From assembly GCA_964016885.1 (NCBI GenBank), contig OZ024756.1, forward strand, positions 38,502,001 through 38,566,000: a DNA stretch of 64,000 nt, written 5' to 3'. Position 1 is the stretch's first letter. Every line of letters begins with the position of its first letter. Source of the DNA: Eledone cirrhosa (taxonomy: Eukaryota). Below the pieces are notes generated by a model, which was given only the letters and a program-made list of their open reading frames with translations, did no database searches and had not been told where the DNA came from. The position numbers were made by a program, and so were the translations under genes. This document shows, one piece after another, positions 26,271 to 38,827 of the stretch.

Positions 26271-26485
26271 CTCTTAAGTATTTAAACCGACCATATCCAG
26301 CCAGAATTCTCTCACCTCTTTCTGTTCAAACCGACTGTAACTGGCCGCTCATACTTATGACAAGGTATTGTTCTCAAAATAAATAAAATCAAGATCTCAG
26401 ATTCGATATGTGAGATATTATGTGAGGTAAAGCCTTTACTGTGAAAATATAATAGTAAATATAGAGTAATGTAAATGCTAAAGGG
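26271..26485. mobile_element. piggyBac-type MITE
   Basis: TTAA on both sides; right TIR TAAATGCTAAAGGG. Confidence 0.85.
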
Positions 26486-26845
26486 TTAACAATTATGATG
26501 ATTTCATGATAACTGCAAGGGTTTGTACATATAACAGGCAGTGATCTGAGTCATATTAACCCAGACACCTAGGCTTTCAGTTATTTTGGGCCCAATCTGG
26601 CACTTCAAGAACTATAGAAATGGCTTCTACAGTTCTAGTCCTTTAGAAGCCATTTCTATATTAAATTTGATAATTTACACTCTACTAATGTATTGAGTAC
26701 CTTACTTACTGTGCTTACCTCCGATTGAACCCGAGACTCACACACACACACATATATATATAAAAGGTAAACAGAAATAACAACACAATCGGTACAGTAT
26801 ATGAAAGGAATATATTAGGTTAATGCTTGAAATAGCAGGAAAAGG

Positions 26846-26882
26846 GTCTTAACATTTCGGACACTAGTCCTTCATCAGAAGA
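26846..26882 (-). ncRNA. Minimal hammerhead-like motif (Penelope-type) with very short stem I
   Basis: CTGATGA A GGAC tagt GTCC GAAA TGT TA; the truncated relative at 7681-7776 has palindromic AACGTT; stem I only ~2 bp. Confidence 0.5.
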
Positions 26883-28799
26883 AAGAATGAGAAATAAGAA
26901 AGATTGAAGGGGCGGGCAGGGTGGAATTGGAAAAAAAATGGTTTTTAGTGAAAAATAACAGGTCCCTTCATGTTGCCATCTCTTGTAACTTAACAGTTTG
27001 ACAAACAGAGAGGGTCTCTGACTCCAGTAAGACAACCTCTCTAGTGCTGAGCACTCAGTCCATGCTGTAAAGTGGTGCTGGTGTTAGGAAGGGCATCCAA
27101 CTAGTATATATACTACTGCCTAAAACTATGAGCACAACAAATGAGATTGATAAAAATAAGTACTGTGTTCGACAAAATCCCTTGAAAGTGGTGCCCCAGT
27201 ATGGCCGCACTCTAATCGCTGAAACCCATAAATGAGTAATAGAAACAAAAGCAAATACACACAAACAACAAAACTACCAACAGCGTTAATTAAGATCTAA
27301 TTATAGCCAGATTACAACTTATAATTAAATAATTAATGATTTTTGGTCAAAATGGAAACATTGTAAACTAGAACTGCAATGAACTGCTTGCATGATATTG
27401 ACTGTGATGGTGTTTATTAATTCTGTAGGGAGAGGGGTCACAGCTAGACCTCCCTCTTTTTATATCCTACTTTATTGTGGGGGGAAAAAGGGAGTTTCTG
27501 TATGTATCCAGTTTAAAATGGGTACAACATATCCCTGGGTATATAAGAGGTGAATAAAAGGGTTGGCACAAGAAAGGGCATCTGGCTGTAAACATTGTTT
27601 TGAAAAGGACGCCATGATGAATAAGAAGTTTATGATGGGGGCCTGCAAGGCTAACATCTTCTTTAATAGGGAAAATGGCATTAAAATATGTTGTTGCTTT
27701 GAAAAAGGAAGGACACATTGAATAACATAGTCCTATATACACTCTTAAGTCAGGTCAGGTTTCTGCCTGCTACTGGTACCACATAACCCAGTACAACCTA
27801 CTTCACGGTCAAGTGATCGGTGACTAAACCAGCTCACCCTCCAGCCTTTACCATGATAATACAATAGTAAATATAGAGTAATGTAAATGCTAAAGGGTTA
27901 CATGAAATTAGCAGCTCACAGCTCACACCTATGCAGATTTATCTAGCCTCATATGAGGCTTCTTGGCTATTTTTAATGCCCAAGATGCCATGCAGTGGGA
28001 TCAAACCCAGAACCTCATGATTGTGAAATGAGCTTCTTGACCACTCAGCCATGTTTGTGTCCCATCTTAAGAATATATATATAAAGACTTTCAAATAAGC
28101 ACTGAAAGAAGAGAGGGGTGGTGGGAGAGAGCATATCCATAGAGGACACCATTGTATGTTGTTGTTGTTGTTGTTGTTTGTTCTTTACAAGGCCTTGAAG
28201 TCTGTCTATATTATTAGTCTCTAATAATATATATTATTATGATGATTGTTAATCAAAGGACTATTGTTGTCATTGCTATCCTTAGAGTAATAGATGATGA
28301 TGATGGTGGTGGCAATAGTAGTGTTGGTGGTGGTGGTAGTGATGATGATGGTGGTGATGGTGGTGGTGATGATGATGGTGATGGTGGTGGTGATGATGAT
28401 GATGATGGTGATGGGGGTGGTGATGATGATGGTGATGGTGGTGGTGATGGTGGTGATGGTGAATATGATTGTGATGGTAGTGATGATGGTGGTGATGGTG
28501 GTGGCGATGGTAGTGATGATGGTGGTGATGGTGGTGGGGATGGTGATGATGGTGGTGGTGGTGGTGGTGATGGTGGTGGTGGTGATGGTGATGGTGGTGA
28601 TGGTGGTGGTGATGGTAGTGATGATGATGGTGATGGTGGTGGTGGTGGTGATGGTGGTGGTGATGGTGGTGATGGTGGTGGTGATGGTGGTGATGAGGAT
28701 GTTGGTGGTGGTGGTGGGGATGATGTTGATAAGTATGATAACGAGGATAAATAACAATAAAAACAACAAGAACAACAACAATAATAACAATAACAGTAA

Positions 28800-29585
28800 C
28801 AATAATTGTTTCTACTTTTGGCACAAGGCCAGCAATTAACCAGTGTATTACTGGTACTTTATTTTATCGATCCTGTAAGGATGAAAGGCAAAGCTAACCT
28901 CGGCGGGATTTGAAATAATTATTTCTACTTTAGGCTAATTATTATTACTAATACTAACAGTAACAAGAGATTAGTGGAATCATTAGAAGGACAGTGGATT
29001 GAGAGAATCGTTAGAGTGTCGGATGAAATACTTCGTGGTATTAAGTTCAAATACTACCGAGGTCAACTTCACCTCCTTCCAGCCAGAATCAATAAAAATA
29101 ATTGTTTCTACTTTAGGCACAAGGCCAGCAATTACCCAGTGCATTACTGGTACTTTATTTTATCGACCCCGTAAGGATGAAAGGCAAAGTCAACCTCGGC
29201 GGGATTTGAACTCAGACCGTAAAGGGACGTAACTATGCTGCAAAGCATGGCGTCCGACCCTCTACCGATACTGCCAATACAACGTAAAAATAATAAAGTA
29301 CCAGTTAACTACTGGGATCGATGAAATCAACTCGCATGTCTCCGAGAACTAACGACTTTGTGCTGAAATTACTAACAATTATCGTTATTATTTATTTAGC
29401 AGTATCGGTAGAATGTCGGACGTCATGCTTTGCGGCGTAGAGTTATGGCCCTTTACGTTCCGCGTTCAAATCCCGCCGAGGTTAGCTTTGCCTTTCATCC
29501 TTACGGGGTCGATAAAATAAAGTACCAGTAATACACTGGAGTAATTGCTGGCCTTGTGCCAAAAGTAGAAACAATTATTATTATT
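28800..29585. mobile_element. Cluster of tRNA-derived SINEs (minus copies ~28800-28915 and 29098-29278; plus copy ~29397-29585)
   Basis: A box TGGCAGTATCGGTA, B box GAGTTCAAATCC, body GCCTTTCATCCTTACGGGGTCGATAAAATAAAGTACCAG, (ATT)n tail. Confidence 0.88.
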
Positions 29586-30149
29586 GTTGTTATCATCAAA
29601 AGGAAAACCGCTGCATCAATTTAGACCAATTATATTTGTACAGAGCTTACAAAAGGAACAGCAACCGTGCAGTTATACATGCAGGTTGGCAACATGTATG
29701 CACACGCAGCACACACACACACATATATATATACATACACTCACACATAATGTTGCATGCATAGACACATGCATGCTCATACAAAACCAGACACACACAC
29801 ACACACAAAAATAAACGCATATGAACATACACGCAAAAATATACATACAAGAACACAAATAGAAATATCCACACGCACATACACCACATACACATATACG
29901 TATATATATATACACACAAACCTACATACATAGATACATGAATAAACACACATACATTACACAAATAGAAATACATACACACGCACATACACATAAATAT
30001 ATATACACATACATATATAAGCCCACACACAAACCTACATACATAGATACATGAATAAACACACATATATACATACATACATGAATCAACACACATACAC
30101 ATATATACACATACACACACTTGGATCAACACACATACATTACAGAAAC

Positions 30150-30551
30150 AAACACCTACACCTACACCCACATCTATATACACACCTACATCTACACACA
30201 CACACACACCTACATCTATACACACACACACACCTACACCCACATCTATATACACACCTACATCTACACACACACACCTACATCTACACACACATTTATA
30301 CACACACACACACCTACACCCACATCTATACACACACACACACACACTTACACCCACATCTATATACACACCTACATCTACACACACACACACACCTACA
30401 CCCACATCTATACACACACACACACACCTACACCCACATCTATATACACACCTACATCTACACACACACACACACCTACACCCACATCTATACACACACA
30501 CACACACCTACACCCACATCTATATACACACCTACACCTACACACACACAC
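30150..30551. repeat. (CA)n-derived minisatellite (CACCTACACCCACATCTATA variants)
   Basis: Directly visible. Confidence 0.9.
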
Positions 30552-31694
30552 AATATGCCACATCAATATTTCCCTTCAACAAGAACAAACCTCTATTCTG
30601 AAGAGATCCAACAATCACATAGAAATGGCTGCCTTCAATGGTAAAAAAACAAACTTTCTTTATTTTTATTCTTTCGAAGGAAAGAATCATCACAAAGTCT
30701 TTCGTTCGATAAACGGAGCGAAGAAGAAAGAGAAGAAGCCAACAAAAGTATTGCTCCTTCTTTTGTTTATTCCTTCACCATTGGTTTCAGTCATTGGACT
30801 GTGTGGCCATGCTGGGGCACTGGGGCTGTTAATATGTCTTTCATTTGATTAACAGTGAGAAGAAGAAGAAGAAGAAGAAGAAGGCAAAGAAGAAGGCATA
30901 GAAGAAGAAGGCGAAGAAGAAGAAGAAGAAGAAGAAGAAGAAGAAGAAGAAGAATTACACTTTCTATTATCATTATTTTGTTCTGTTTTACCTGATTTTG
31001 GTAGACAGTGGTCATACTGGAGCATTGTTGCTGTGTTCAGGTTTAGACTTGTGACGAGTGTGGGGGGGGGGGTAGGGGGGGGGGGGTTAAAGAGGGGAAG
31101 GCCAGAGTGCAATAACTAGAATCGACTGGAACTACAAGACAACTGTGTGTGTGTTAGTGTGTACGTAAGTGTGATGGTGTGTATATATATATATGTACCT
31201 GTGTGTGTAAGTTGTGTGTGTGTGTGTAACCGTTTGGTGTGTGTGAAGGTAGTGTGCGTGTGTGTGTGTGTAACCGTTTGGTGTATGTATATATATGTAT
31301 ATGTGTGTGTGTCTAACCACCAAGTCTACAACACCAAGTTCAATTCCCACTCATTGCCTTGAGAATGGTGAGATTTCATTCTTGTCTTCCAGCCACAACG
31401 GTGGTAGTGGTGGTGTTGGTGGTGGTGGTGGTAGTGGTGGTGGTAGTGGTGGTGGTGGTAGTGATGGTGGTGGTGGTAGTATTGATAGTGGTGGCAGTGG
31501 TGATGGTGGTAGTGATGGTGGTGGTGGTGGTGGTGGTGGTGGTAGTATTGATAGTGGTGGCAGTGGTGATGATGGTGGTGATGGTGGTGGTGATGGTGTA
31601 TTTGTAGAGTGATTAATGAAGTAAGTCTGAGATTTATATAATTTTACAGTTAGGTTGATGGAAAATCAATGTAACCTCTCTGTGTCTGGAAGTG

Positions 31695-31731
<37 letters not shown>

Positions 31732-31732
31732 A

Positions 31733-31772
<40 letters not shown>

Positions 31773-31786
31773 TATATATGTGTGTG

Positions 31787-31934
<148 letters not shown>

Positions 31935-32047
31935 CATATATACATATATATATATAAATATAACGAAGGAAATGTGGTAAGGAACCAGGTGGACCATAAT
32001 GCACCAAAGTACTCAATACTTAGGGTAGTAGAATGGGTAATAGGAAC

Positions 32048-32150
32048 GAGTAGGACCCCAACGGCTGAGCTCAAGCCGTTTCGACGGCTAATTCTGGACT
32101 CCAGAATTAGCCGTCGAAACGGCTTGAGCCCAGCCGTCGGGGTCCTACTC
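32048..32150. repeat. 103-bp near-perfect hairpin in a TA-flanked dispersed element (~31960-32156)
   Basis: 50-bp arms with two mismatches and a 3-nt loop; related sequences at 22921-23095, 7823-7885 and 11440-11530. Confidence 0.85.
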
Positions 32151-32153
32151 ATT

Positions 32154-32225
<72 letters not shown>

Positions 32226-32348
32226 GGTAAACATTGATGCAATTCAATTCAAGCACTCAACGTACTTTTTCCACATAGGAGTGGCGGAGTAAATATCGAA
32301 TAAGTAAAAGCGAAGTAGTTTCAGATGTTCAAGTCCTTTAATAATAAT

Positions 32349-32467
32349 TGTTTCTACTTTAGGCACAAGGCCAGCAACTACCCAGTGCCTCACTGGTACT
32401 TTATTTTATCGACCCCGTAAGGATGAAAGGCAAAGTCAACCTCGGCGGGATTTGAACTCAGATCGTA
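32349..32467 (-). mobile_element. 5'-truncated tRNA-SINE with 18-bp target-site duplication
   Basis: AAGTCCTTTAATAATAAT at both 32331-32348 and 32468-32485. Confidence 0.88.
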
Positions 32468-32630
32468 AAGTCCTTTAATAATAATGATGTGATATATATT
32501 TCAATGACGACACTGGCCACACTGTTCTGCGTGGCCAGTGTCGTCATTGAAATATATATCACAGCATTATTATTAAAGGACTTGAACATCTGAAACTACT
32601 TTACTTAGTGTGTATATATATATATAGAGA

Positions 32631-32712
<82 letters not shown>

Positions 32713-32714
<2 letters not shown>

Positions 32715-33039
32715 CACATTGCTTAGTGGTTAGAGCATTGGCCTTGCAATCGAAAGGCTGGGAGTTCAATTCTCAGACCGGGTGATGTGTTGTTTCCTTG
32801 AGCAAGACACTTTATTTCACATTGCTCCAGTTTACTCAGCTGTAGAAATGAGATGATAGGGACCCCAGTCCCTATCATTCCACTGCAAAGTGGTCGTGGA
32901 GGTGCCACAGCAAAAAAGCACCCAGCACTCACTGTAAATGAGGTTGGTGTTAGGAAGGGCATCCAACTGTAGAAATCAAGCCAGAATCAGTTCCCGTCCC
33001 ACCCTTGCACGCAGGGAAATACAGACGTAAAATGATGAT
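32713..33039 (+). mobile_element. Full-length tRNA-head CORE-type SINE with RTE-derived 3' end
   Basis: A box TTGCTTAGTGGTTAG, B box GAGTTCAATTC, CORE-like GTGTTGTTTCCTTGAGCAAGACACTT; 3' part matches the RTE UTR at 6522-6665; partial copy at 23328-23530. Confidence 0.85.
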
Positions 33040-33101
33040 CATGATACATATATATCATCATCATCATAATATTAATAAATAGAAAATATCCTTATAAAAC
33101 C

Positions 33102-33175
33102 ATATTTATTTTATTATACATATTTCAAGGGTTCCAGTATTTTGGTACGCTTTCGTCAGATAAAATATAATATTT
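33102..33175 (-). ncRNA. Type I hammerhead motif, same family as 7532-7603
   Basis: TATTTTAT CTGACGA AAGCGTACCA aaatac TGGAACCCTT GAAA TATGTA TA ATAAAATA. Confidence 0.72.
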
Positions 33176-33287
33176 GGTTTAAAGATAATGACATATCGAC
33201 ATATGAACTTAATGTTATGAGTTCAATGCAGATATATATGTATATATATACAGGGTGTCCACAAAGTCATGAGACAATTTTATATAT

Positions 33288-33289
<2 letters not shown>

Positions 33290-33318
<29 letters not shown>

Positions 33319-33941
33319 CCACCGTTTAACGTCCATCTTCCACACTAGCATGGGTTTGGACGGGAATTGTCCCACTTGAGGCAAGATTGGTTGTCTTGCT
33401 CGTATAGGACTGTCTAACGGGTTTTCTACGGTTGGATGCCCTTCCTAACACCAACCACGTTTACAGTGTGGACTAGGAGATTTTTACCGTGTTACCTACA
33501 CGGCCACATTACAGCGTGGACTGTGTGTTTTTTTGTTGTGACACCAACACGACCTCATTTATTTCAGACTGGATGTTGTGGTACCAACATAACTTTATAT
33601 CGAAAGGGGTGGTGTGGGTGGGGTGGGGGTAGTGGGACGGGGGTGTATTTTGGTTAAGAGGTGCCTAGCGCCAAAGATCTCGGTCCAGTGACATTGTCTT
33701 GGAGAGGTGTAAGTGTGTGAGGTCGGAATTTATCAAGTCGTCCCAGGTTTTTCTGGGTCTGCCTACTCCGTGGCTACCGTCTATTTTGATCGCCCTGCAC
33801 TTTTTTATACAGCTGTCGCCTTTCATGCGTATCACGTGACCATACCAACGTAGTCTTCTCTCAAGTAAACAGCATCTGATCCCTCTTATTCCTAATTTCT
33901 CACTTAGTTCATTTATGCTTTGCTGTTCACGTATATTACTA
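33290..33941 (-). mobile_element. RTE 3' fragment nested in a Tc1/mariner-type MITE (TIRs 33251-33284 and 33950-33983)
   Basis: [36 protein letters not shown]; flanks CAGGGTGTCCACAAAGTCA / TGACTTTTGGGACACCCCG. Confidence 0.88.
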
Positions 33942-34409
33942 TATATTTGTATAAAAGTGTCTAGTGACTTTTGGGACACCCCGTACATCTGTAGATGTGT
34001 TGTTGTTGTTGTTGTTGTTGTTACGACATTTCTGTACACACTTGAAAATGAACTTTTAAAACAAATATCCAATCAAAATTTAAAAAAATTATCGATAAAC
34101 GATATTATTTGATATTTTTCCAAATAACAGATTTGCTGTCAGTTTGGTGGAGGGAGACACTGTTGGGGAGGGGTGAACTAGAATAGTGTCTCCAAAGTAC
34201 TAGATATTGGCCCTCAGAAATTTATGGGAACTATCTGGGTGAATAGGGAGATGGTCCTAGGGCCAAGGACTCCAAAAGTTTCTACTATTTCTGATTTTCA
34301 TATAATTTTGAAAATAATCAAGAATTTGGAGAGATTTAGTAATATATCTGACATACCCATTATTAAGATATCGTGTTTGGAACAAAACAATGGTTCTTAC
34401 ATAAAATTA

Positions 34410-34680
34410 CAATGGAAAGGTTTTAGATAATTATGGGCATATCTCAGGAAAGAATTGCTAGACAGATTTTACGAGCAAAACCAACTGGCAGGAGACCCAG
34501 GGGTAGACCCCGAGCAAGATGGTTGGACAACATCCATGAGCTTGGCTTGTCACGCTTGGAGATTCAGCCAGATCAGTTGGAAATGGTTGCTTCTGATAGG
34601 ACCCACTGGAAAGAGTGTTTGAGGACTCTGTCCCCATGACCCTCTCAGGAATAAGTGGGCGATCAAGGAGAAGAAGAGAA
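34410..34680 (+). mobile_element. 3' end of a second RTE-like LINE family
   Basis: ERIARQILRAKPTGRRPRGRPRARWLDNI, with a GAAGA-type tail; longer inverted copy at ~62885-63232. Confidence 0.78.
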
Positions 34681-36442
34681 GTGTTTAGATAATTATATAC
34701 TCTCTATAATAACATTCTGTGTCATAGGATAAGAGGTTGCTTCAGGTAGTTTAGTGCCAAAAGGGTTAAGAGAACTTCACTGTAAGGTTCCTTGCATAGC
34801 AGTGATGTGTGGGGGTGACCTGGTTCTTTCATAGAATGAATTACATAAAGAGGTGCAGAAGTTTGGAATCAGGAAAATGGTACTTGAAGACACTGAAGGA
34901 TAGGCTTAAAAGAGTGGCTGGTTGTTAAAATGAGATAGATAGTTTATATACATATACAAACATATATATATATATACAGAAAGAGAGAGAGAGGGTGGCA
35001 TTGAGGTAGTTAAGGACATATATGAGAAAAGTAATAAAAAATTGGATGGTGAAGTATTGTGAAAAGACAATTTTATTATAATTATGAAGAAATATTAGTC
35101 ATAGAATTTATTTTAGTGTATCATAGGGCGTCAAAATAAAGTCACATATAGTTATTATTATGTTCCAAACACCAGCTTAATAAAGAGAAAGTTTGTTATA
35201 TTATTAAATCCATCTAAATTCTTGATTATTTTCAAAAGTATTTCAAAATTATAGGCAATTTTGTCTCGGCAGAATTGTTCTGCTAGAGAATCGGTTGTAG
35301 GTGGCTAGCAATATGGCTACCAAAGATTTGTGATTCTGGTACCGTAAATTTGGATGGAGGATGGAGGATGTAAACTCTACCATTTAGGTGTGGTACCAGA
35401 AACGACTGCACAGGTGTGGGATAAGTCACAAGCCCCTGGCTTTCAGAATGTGTTATGGACTGGATCCTATTAGGAGGAAGGATTTTCCTCATGAAGTGAT
35501 AGGCTGTAAGAAGAGCATGCTGTTTAAATGTAACGAGGCCTCTAGGAAGGATGAAATTTGACCTCCTAAGATGTTAAAAACCTTTAATAGAGAAGATATG
35601 CTCTGGCTAACTTGTGTGTGCCAAGTGGCTTAGATCTCTGGAAAGGAACTAAAACAATAGCAATCGGGGGTGATGATCCAAATTTTCAAAAAGGAAGACA
35701 AGAGAGATTGTTCTAATCATAGAAGAATCCTCTTGTTCTATGATTGTTAATCATAGAAGAATCCTCTCTCCAATAAAGAATTCACTAGATGTCTGCAAAA
35801 GAGATGTAGGGATATTGTTGAGTCTCAGTGCAGTTTTTTGCCCAACTGATCAAATATTCACTCTGTGGTTGGTCTTCAGGAAATTGTAGGAGTAATGTTA
35901 AGAAGTATGTGCTTGTTTCGTGGACCTCGAAAAGGCACACAAACATGGCCCACAATACTTATGGAAGATTCTTCATAGTTGCTACAAATACTAGTCCTTA
36001 TAATCTGAAACAAGAACCCTCAAAGTTGCTACAAATTGCTAGTGAGACATAGGCAATGGATAGATAGGACATGCAGGAAGAGGGAAAAAAACAAATTGAG
36101 CATGCTCCAATGGATGTCTGATGTTAATGTTATCATGCGGCAAACTGGGAGAAAAACTGAATATTCGAAGAATTAGATGTAGCATGCAAAAGGGAGGACT
36201 GCACTAGTACAGACATGTGATGCAGATAGATGATGTTAAGTGGCAAGAGATCTCTGTGGAAGGAAGCTACTGTAGAGTAAGATGAAGGAAGACATAGGCA
36301 GAAGTGGTGAGAGGGATTCTCGAAACACTGAACCTCACAGGAGAGATGACAAAGGAACACCAAAAGTGGAGGAACGTGGCACTGGAATAATACTATATTC
36401 AACTCATGTAATGCTTGAAAAGTGGATGTAAAAGGATGATGA

Positions 36443-36506
<64 letters not shown>

Positions 36507-36517
36507 TTAAATTATTA

Positions 36518-36568
<51 letters not shown>

Positions 36569-36627
36569 CAAGGCTCTGATACCATCAACACTATAAACAC
36601 AGAGCTGGCATATCTAAGAACTGACTA

Positions 36628-36683
36628 ACTGCCTGATGAGGTCATAGCCATTCAATGGCTATCATCAAAATATATATAGCAGT
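36628..36683 (+). ncRNA. Decayed hammerhead motif
   Basis: ACTGC CTGATGA GGTCATAGCCA ttcaa TGGCTATCATC aAAA TATATA TA GCAGT; catalytic G12 appears mutated to A. Confidence 0.62.
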
Positions 36684-36724
36684 AAATAAAGGATTATGAG
36701 TTCATGCAATTGACTTATGTTTCG

Positions 36725-36760
<36 letters not shown>

Positions 36761-37394
36761 CATATATATATATAGTTACAGGTTGTTTACAAACTAAAGA
36801 GGTTTAAGGCATGGGTTGTAAACAAACTGTAACTATCTAACAGATCTGCATGATCCTATCATTGCATTGAATTAAAAACACTTTATAATTGAGTAAAATT
36901 TACTCTCATTAATACTACTATTATATATACGTACATACATGCATTAAACATATACATTACATACATGCATATACAAAATTACATAACATGCACACACATA
37001 TATATATGTTACATTATATACATACATTACATATATACATACATTATATACATAGATTACATAAATACATGCATATGCACAATCGCTCAGTCCCATGGTG
37101 AAACCAGACTTCATCTTGGTTTCCAAGGTGACAAGACAGCTAGTTTTGGGGGAGCTAAAACTGTTGCCTGGGAGAAGAAGAGTAAAAGAGAATTGTACCG
37201 AAATTTGGTGAAAGGAGCTGACAAAGAAATAGGTAGAGGACCAGTTGCATGCCAATGGTGGTTGATAGCTGGGTGGGGTTTGCAATTTATTCCCTAAGCA
37301 AAGCTTATGGAACTCAAGGCAATTGCATGAGCAAGCAGAACCATGAAGAATAATGTAGAAGCAGAAGACAGGGCATAATGTAGAAGCAGATGAC

Positions 37395-37857
37395 AGTGAC
37401 CAGTGGTGACCACTAGTGATCAGTAGTGACCAGTGGTGACCAGTAGTGACCAGTGGTGACCAGTAGTGTCAGTAGTGACCAGTGGTGACCAGTAGTGACC
37501 AGTAGTGACCAGTGGTGACCAGTAGTGACCAGTAGTGTCAGTAGTGACCAGTAGTGACCAGTAGTGTCAGTAGTGACCAGTGGTGACCAGTAGTGCCACT
37601 AGTGAACAGTAGTGACCTGAAGTGACCAGTGGTGACCAGTAGTGTCAGTAGTGACCAGTAGTGTCAGTGGTGACCAGTAGTGACCAGTAGTGATCAGTAG
37701 TGACCAGTGGTGCCACTAGTGACCAGTAGTGACCTGAAGTGATCAGTGGTGACCAGTAGTGTCAGTGGTGACCAGTAGTGATCAGTAGTGACCAGTGGTG
37801 CCACTAGTGACCAGTAGTGACCTGAAGTGACCAGTGGTGACCAGTAGTGTCAGTGGT
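37395..37857. repeat. 10-bp minisatellite (GACCAGTRGT)n
   Basis: Directly visible, with 9-bp variants. Confidence 0.93.
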
Positions 37858-38104
37858 ATGTGTCCTACTTTGACCAGACTGAGGCTTGTTCAACCTTGGT
37901 TTGGATGAGGGTGTTATGTTGTAAGTGACTCCAGGATAACAACACTGATGATGTGTCCTGTAGTCAGGTCACTTGGATGAAGGTGACTATGCTGTAAGAC
38001 CTGAAACACCCAGTGACTCCAGGATACAACAGTGACACAATATGTCCAAAGTTTTCTACATCCATGGATGTGTGAAGAACATACAACAGAGAAAATATGA
38101 AGCC

Positions 38105-38139
<35 letters not shown>

Positions 38140-38277
38140 GGTACAGAAATGTTTTAGTAGCACAACTTGTAAGTGAGGGGGAGGGCATAAATTCTTCAGT
38201 TTGGAAGAAAGCAGCAGCATGACAACAAACAAGCAAGTTAACAAGACAAAACCCCAAAAAACCCCCCAGAAACTCAC

Positions 38278-38316
38278 ACTCTGCTGTGGTTATGGTCACA
38301 AGTAACGGAAGGATAT
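38278..38316 (-). CDS. Candidate 39-nt symmetric (phase 2-2) micro-exon, (R)YPSVTCDHNHSR(V)
   Basis: Acceptor CCGTCCTTTTTACAG|, donor |GTGAGT; open in the frame continuing from exon 48856-48643. No homology evidence. Confidence 0.42.
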
Positions 38317-38827
38317 CTGTAAAAAGGACGGAGTTATTTCAATGTTATAAATTTATGAACTGATGCAGAGGGTCATAGAAAAACACAAACATAGCAAACA
38401 ACAACAACACCAGCTCAAGAGCTGGTTGGTTGGTTGGTTGGTTGGTTATAATTGTACACAGCAAACATCAACTTGAGAAATGGCTGGTTATTATTATTAT
38501 TATTATTATCATACACAGTAAATATGAGAACACAGTAATACATGCCAGCATAGAAAACAGATATAAAATGATGACGATGATGATATATACATAGAAAGAT
38601 AGATGTGTGTGTGTGTATAGGTGTATGTTATTATCATATACAGTAAATATGAGAACACAGTAACCCATGCCAGCATAGAAAACAGACTGATGATGATGAT
38701 CAGATATCCATAGAAAGATATTATTATGACACAGTATAGGACAAGGTTGGCTCTTTCGATAACTACTACAAGTCATATTTTCCAGCTGAGTGGACTAAAG
38801 TGACATGAAATAAAGTGTCTTCCTTAA

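Noticed and set aside
28221-28839. Poly-His, poly-Thr and Gly-Asp ORFs (also 31295-31612, 42286-42807)
   Set aside because: (GAT/GGT)n repeats open in most frames; no splice or homology support.
30992-31025. Short minus-strand ATG exon (MLQYDHCLPKS, CAG|GTAAAA)
   Set aside because: Phase 1 or 0, not the phase 2 expected for the next AMPD exon; no homology.
32713-32790. tRNA gene (also SINE heads at 54807 and 29397)
   Set aside because: A and B boxes are present but run into SINE bodies; no complete cloverleaf.
35290-36445. ORFs in decayed RT-like sequence
   Set aside because: Heavily degraded LINE remnants (traces such as PNFQKGRQRDCSNHR); boundaries cannot be defined by eye.
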